Positions 62,601-64,000 of a stretch of DNA of 64,000 bases are shown one piece after another; positions within the stretch are counted from its first letter, which is position 1; each line of letters starts with the position of its first letter. The stretch lies in the NCBI GenBank assembly GCA_047495785.1, contig JBLDXI010000023.1, positions 434,001 to 498,000 of the forward strand, read 5' to 3'. Source of the DNA: Lepidodermella squamata. Lineage: Eukaryota > Animalia > Gastrotricha. Below the pieces are notes generated by a model, which saw only the letters and a program-made list of their open reading frames with translations, ran no database searches and was not told the origin of the DNA. A program made the position numbers and the translations under genes.

Positions 62601-64000
62601 TTCTGAGATTGATGGGAAACGGTGTGACAGCCTGTTTCGCTACTCCGCCGGGTTTGACGCTGAGCACAACCGGTTTTGGATTCAACTCATTAAATACTTG
62701 GTTAGTCAAGGATTCGATCTTAACCCGAGCAATGTGAATACCCCGCTGATGGTCGCAGCTGCGGCTGAAAGATCCTTGCCGTATTTGGAGACTCTGATTG
62801 ACATGGGCGCCGATGTTAACGCGACGAATTACGAGGGCAAAACTGCGCTGGATTTGACGAGGCCGTCGCGTGATCAGGTTAACATTGGAGCTCTTGTAAG
62901 GCGAAAGGCTGCTTGGAGCCGAAATTTCACACGCGTTGCTACTTTTTCGACGCCTAATCGACGGACAACTACTCGGCCAATGACTACAACAGACTCTGGC
63001 AGAAAGTCGATTGATGCTAAGATTGATTTCATGGCGGATGATGCGATTGAACTTGTTCCGGTCGAAATGGGTGGTCCGAAGCTTAAGATCAGGCCGCTGG
63101 ATCGCCGAAGCAACCTGACAACGAAGGTTGACATCAGTCCTGGTGATTATCAGCTCACCCAGGCCCAAGCTGAACTGGATGCGGTTAGTTTTATCTCATA
63201 GATATCTAGTTGAACAAAATGAATTAGCCGTGGGACAGTACGCGTTGATTTCACTCTTCTCTTTACAGAAATTTATCAAGTTCGTGACGGATGGCAACAT
63301 GGAAGGTATTCGTGATATGATAGAGCAGCAGAAGGCCCGAGGCAATGCCCTGCTCTTCAAGCTTCAACAATCCCCCATGTCACGCAAAGCAAATTACATC
63401 ACCATCCCAGCTGTGGCTGCTGCTCTCAGCTCTCAGTTAAAAGGAAACGACACTTTCTACATGGTCGCGGCGCTTCTTCAAAATGGCGGCGATGCTAACG
63501 CTGTTCATCCTGAAACTGGCTTAAGTGCTATAATGATGGCTGCTGCAAACGGCAGTTTCGAATTGGTTGACCTTCTGCTGGAATATAACGCAGATATCGA
63601 TATGGAAACTTTCTCGAAAAGGCCGCGGACTGCTCTCCTCGAAGCTGCTGCAGCCAATCAACTCGAAATGGTCGACTATCTTTTGTCAAAGGGAGCTATC
63701 GCCTACAAGGATGAGCTGATTTTCGCATTCGACGCAGGAAATAAAGTTCCGGTTTTGCCGTTGGTCAAATACGCTGTTGAGAACGTATCCAATTCAGTAA
63801 ATGGCACGGGCAAGGATGGCTATACCCCGTTTGTCAAAGCCGCTTTGCAATTGCGAAATAGTCCAGATCGCCTTGAAATTCTGACGTATTTGCTAGAAAA
63901 TGGAGCCGATGCTGACTCCAGGGTGTCCACAGATCGATTCTCAAACAAAACCTTACTTCACCTTTCCATTTTGGAGAAGGATTACAATTTGACGCAGTTC
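59646..64000 (+). CDS. Divergent secreted ankyrin-repeat protein, array copy 10 (4+ exons, runs off the window)
   Basis: Exons 59646-59711 (MRSVLVLTSAIALANAQIDFNS), 59768-59902, 61978-63183 and 63269 to beyond 64000 (KFIKFVTDGNMEGIRDMIEQQKARGNAL...IPAVAAAL). Same architecture plus one extra phase-0 intron. Confidence 0.82.
59952..61513. mobile_element. TIR DNA element with 4-bp TSD in the extra intron of copy 10
   Basis: Imperfect TIRs CG(C/T)TAGC..TTCGGTA..ACTC..ATTTGACGGTA. ATTC at 59948-51 and 61514-17. Superfamily unassigned. Confidence 0.65.
60199..61386 (-). mobile_element. Crypton-like element remnant nested in the above
   Basis: TATAACA...TGTTATA ends. Inverted CCCAGTTGGTTATTTT / AAAATAACCAACTGGG. 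Terminal stem-loop at 61200-61385 with CCCTCGGGC-TTCGC-GCTACGCCCTCGGGC. ORF 60575-61030 has an acidic tract and EVENFVAGFEANGTARKTKQHWSRF, like the N-terminus of Crypton/DUF3504 tyrosine recombinases. Confidence 0.55.

Noticed and set aside
1-64000. tRNA, rRNA, snRNA genes or CRISPR arrays
   Set aside because: None recognisable by eye. A tRNAscan-SE/Infernal run would be needed to exclude divergent ones.

Overview
Eukaryotic (animal) genomic DNA with compact 46-70 nt GT-AG introns. The organism cannot be determined from this window. The window is dominated by a head-to-tail (+ strand) tandem array of 10 paralogous genes. Each encodes a predicted SECRETED ankyrin-repeat protein: a signal-peptide exon, ANK module A plus a Ser/Thr-rich linker, then ANK module B plus a tail (about 750-970 aa). 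The ORF track splits each gene in two, but conserved phase-0 splice sites join the halves. Copies 1, 2, 5, 7 and 9 look intact. Copies 4 and 8 carry internal deletions, copy 3 is a pseudogene, copy 6 is split by a 5.6-kb DNA transposon, and copy 10 is divergent and runs off the window. The ANK frameworks are strongly conserved, while three loops are hypervariable in length and sequence and rich in aromatic and Arg residues, like a natural DARPin or antibody-style repertoire. Inside the array is a 10-exon gene (about 1073 aa) that fuses two tandem copies of an unrecognised, possibly DOMON-like ectodomain and a Ser/Thr stalk to an intronless Cys-loop ligand-gated ion channel. The window also holds a 4-exon secreted Cys-rich protein gene, a galaxin-like CC-repeat frame missed by the ORF track, and a rearranged class C GPCR relic. 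Many nested mobile elements are present: hAT, Tc1/mariner-like, CMC/EnSpm-like, MULE/foldback, Crypton-like, and CR1/L2-type and R2/NeSL-type LINE remnants. All gene models were read by eye from splice signals and paralog comparison. No database searches were run.
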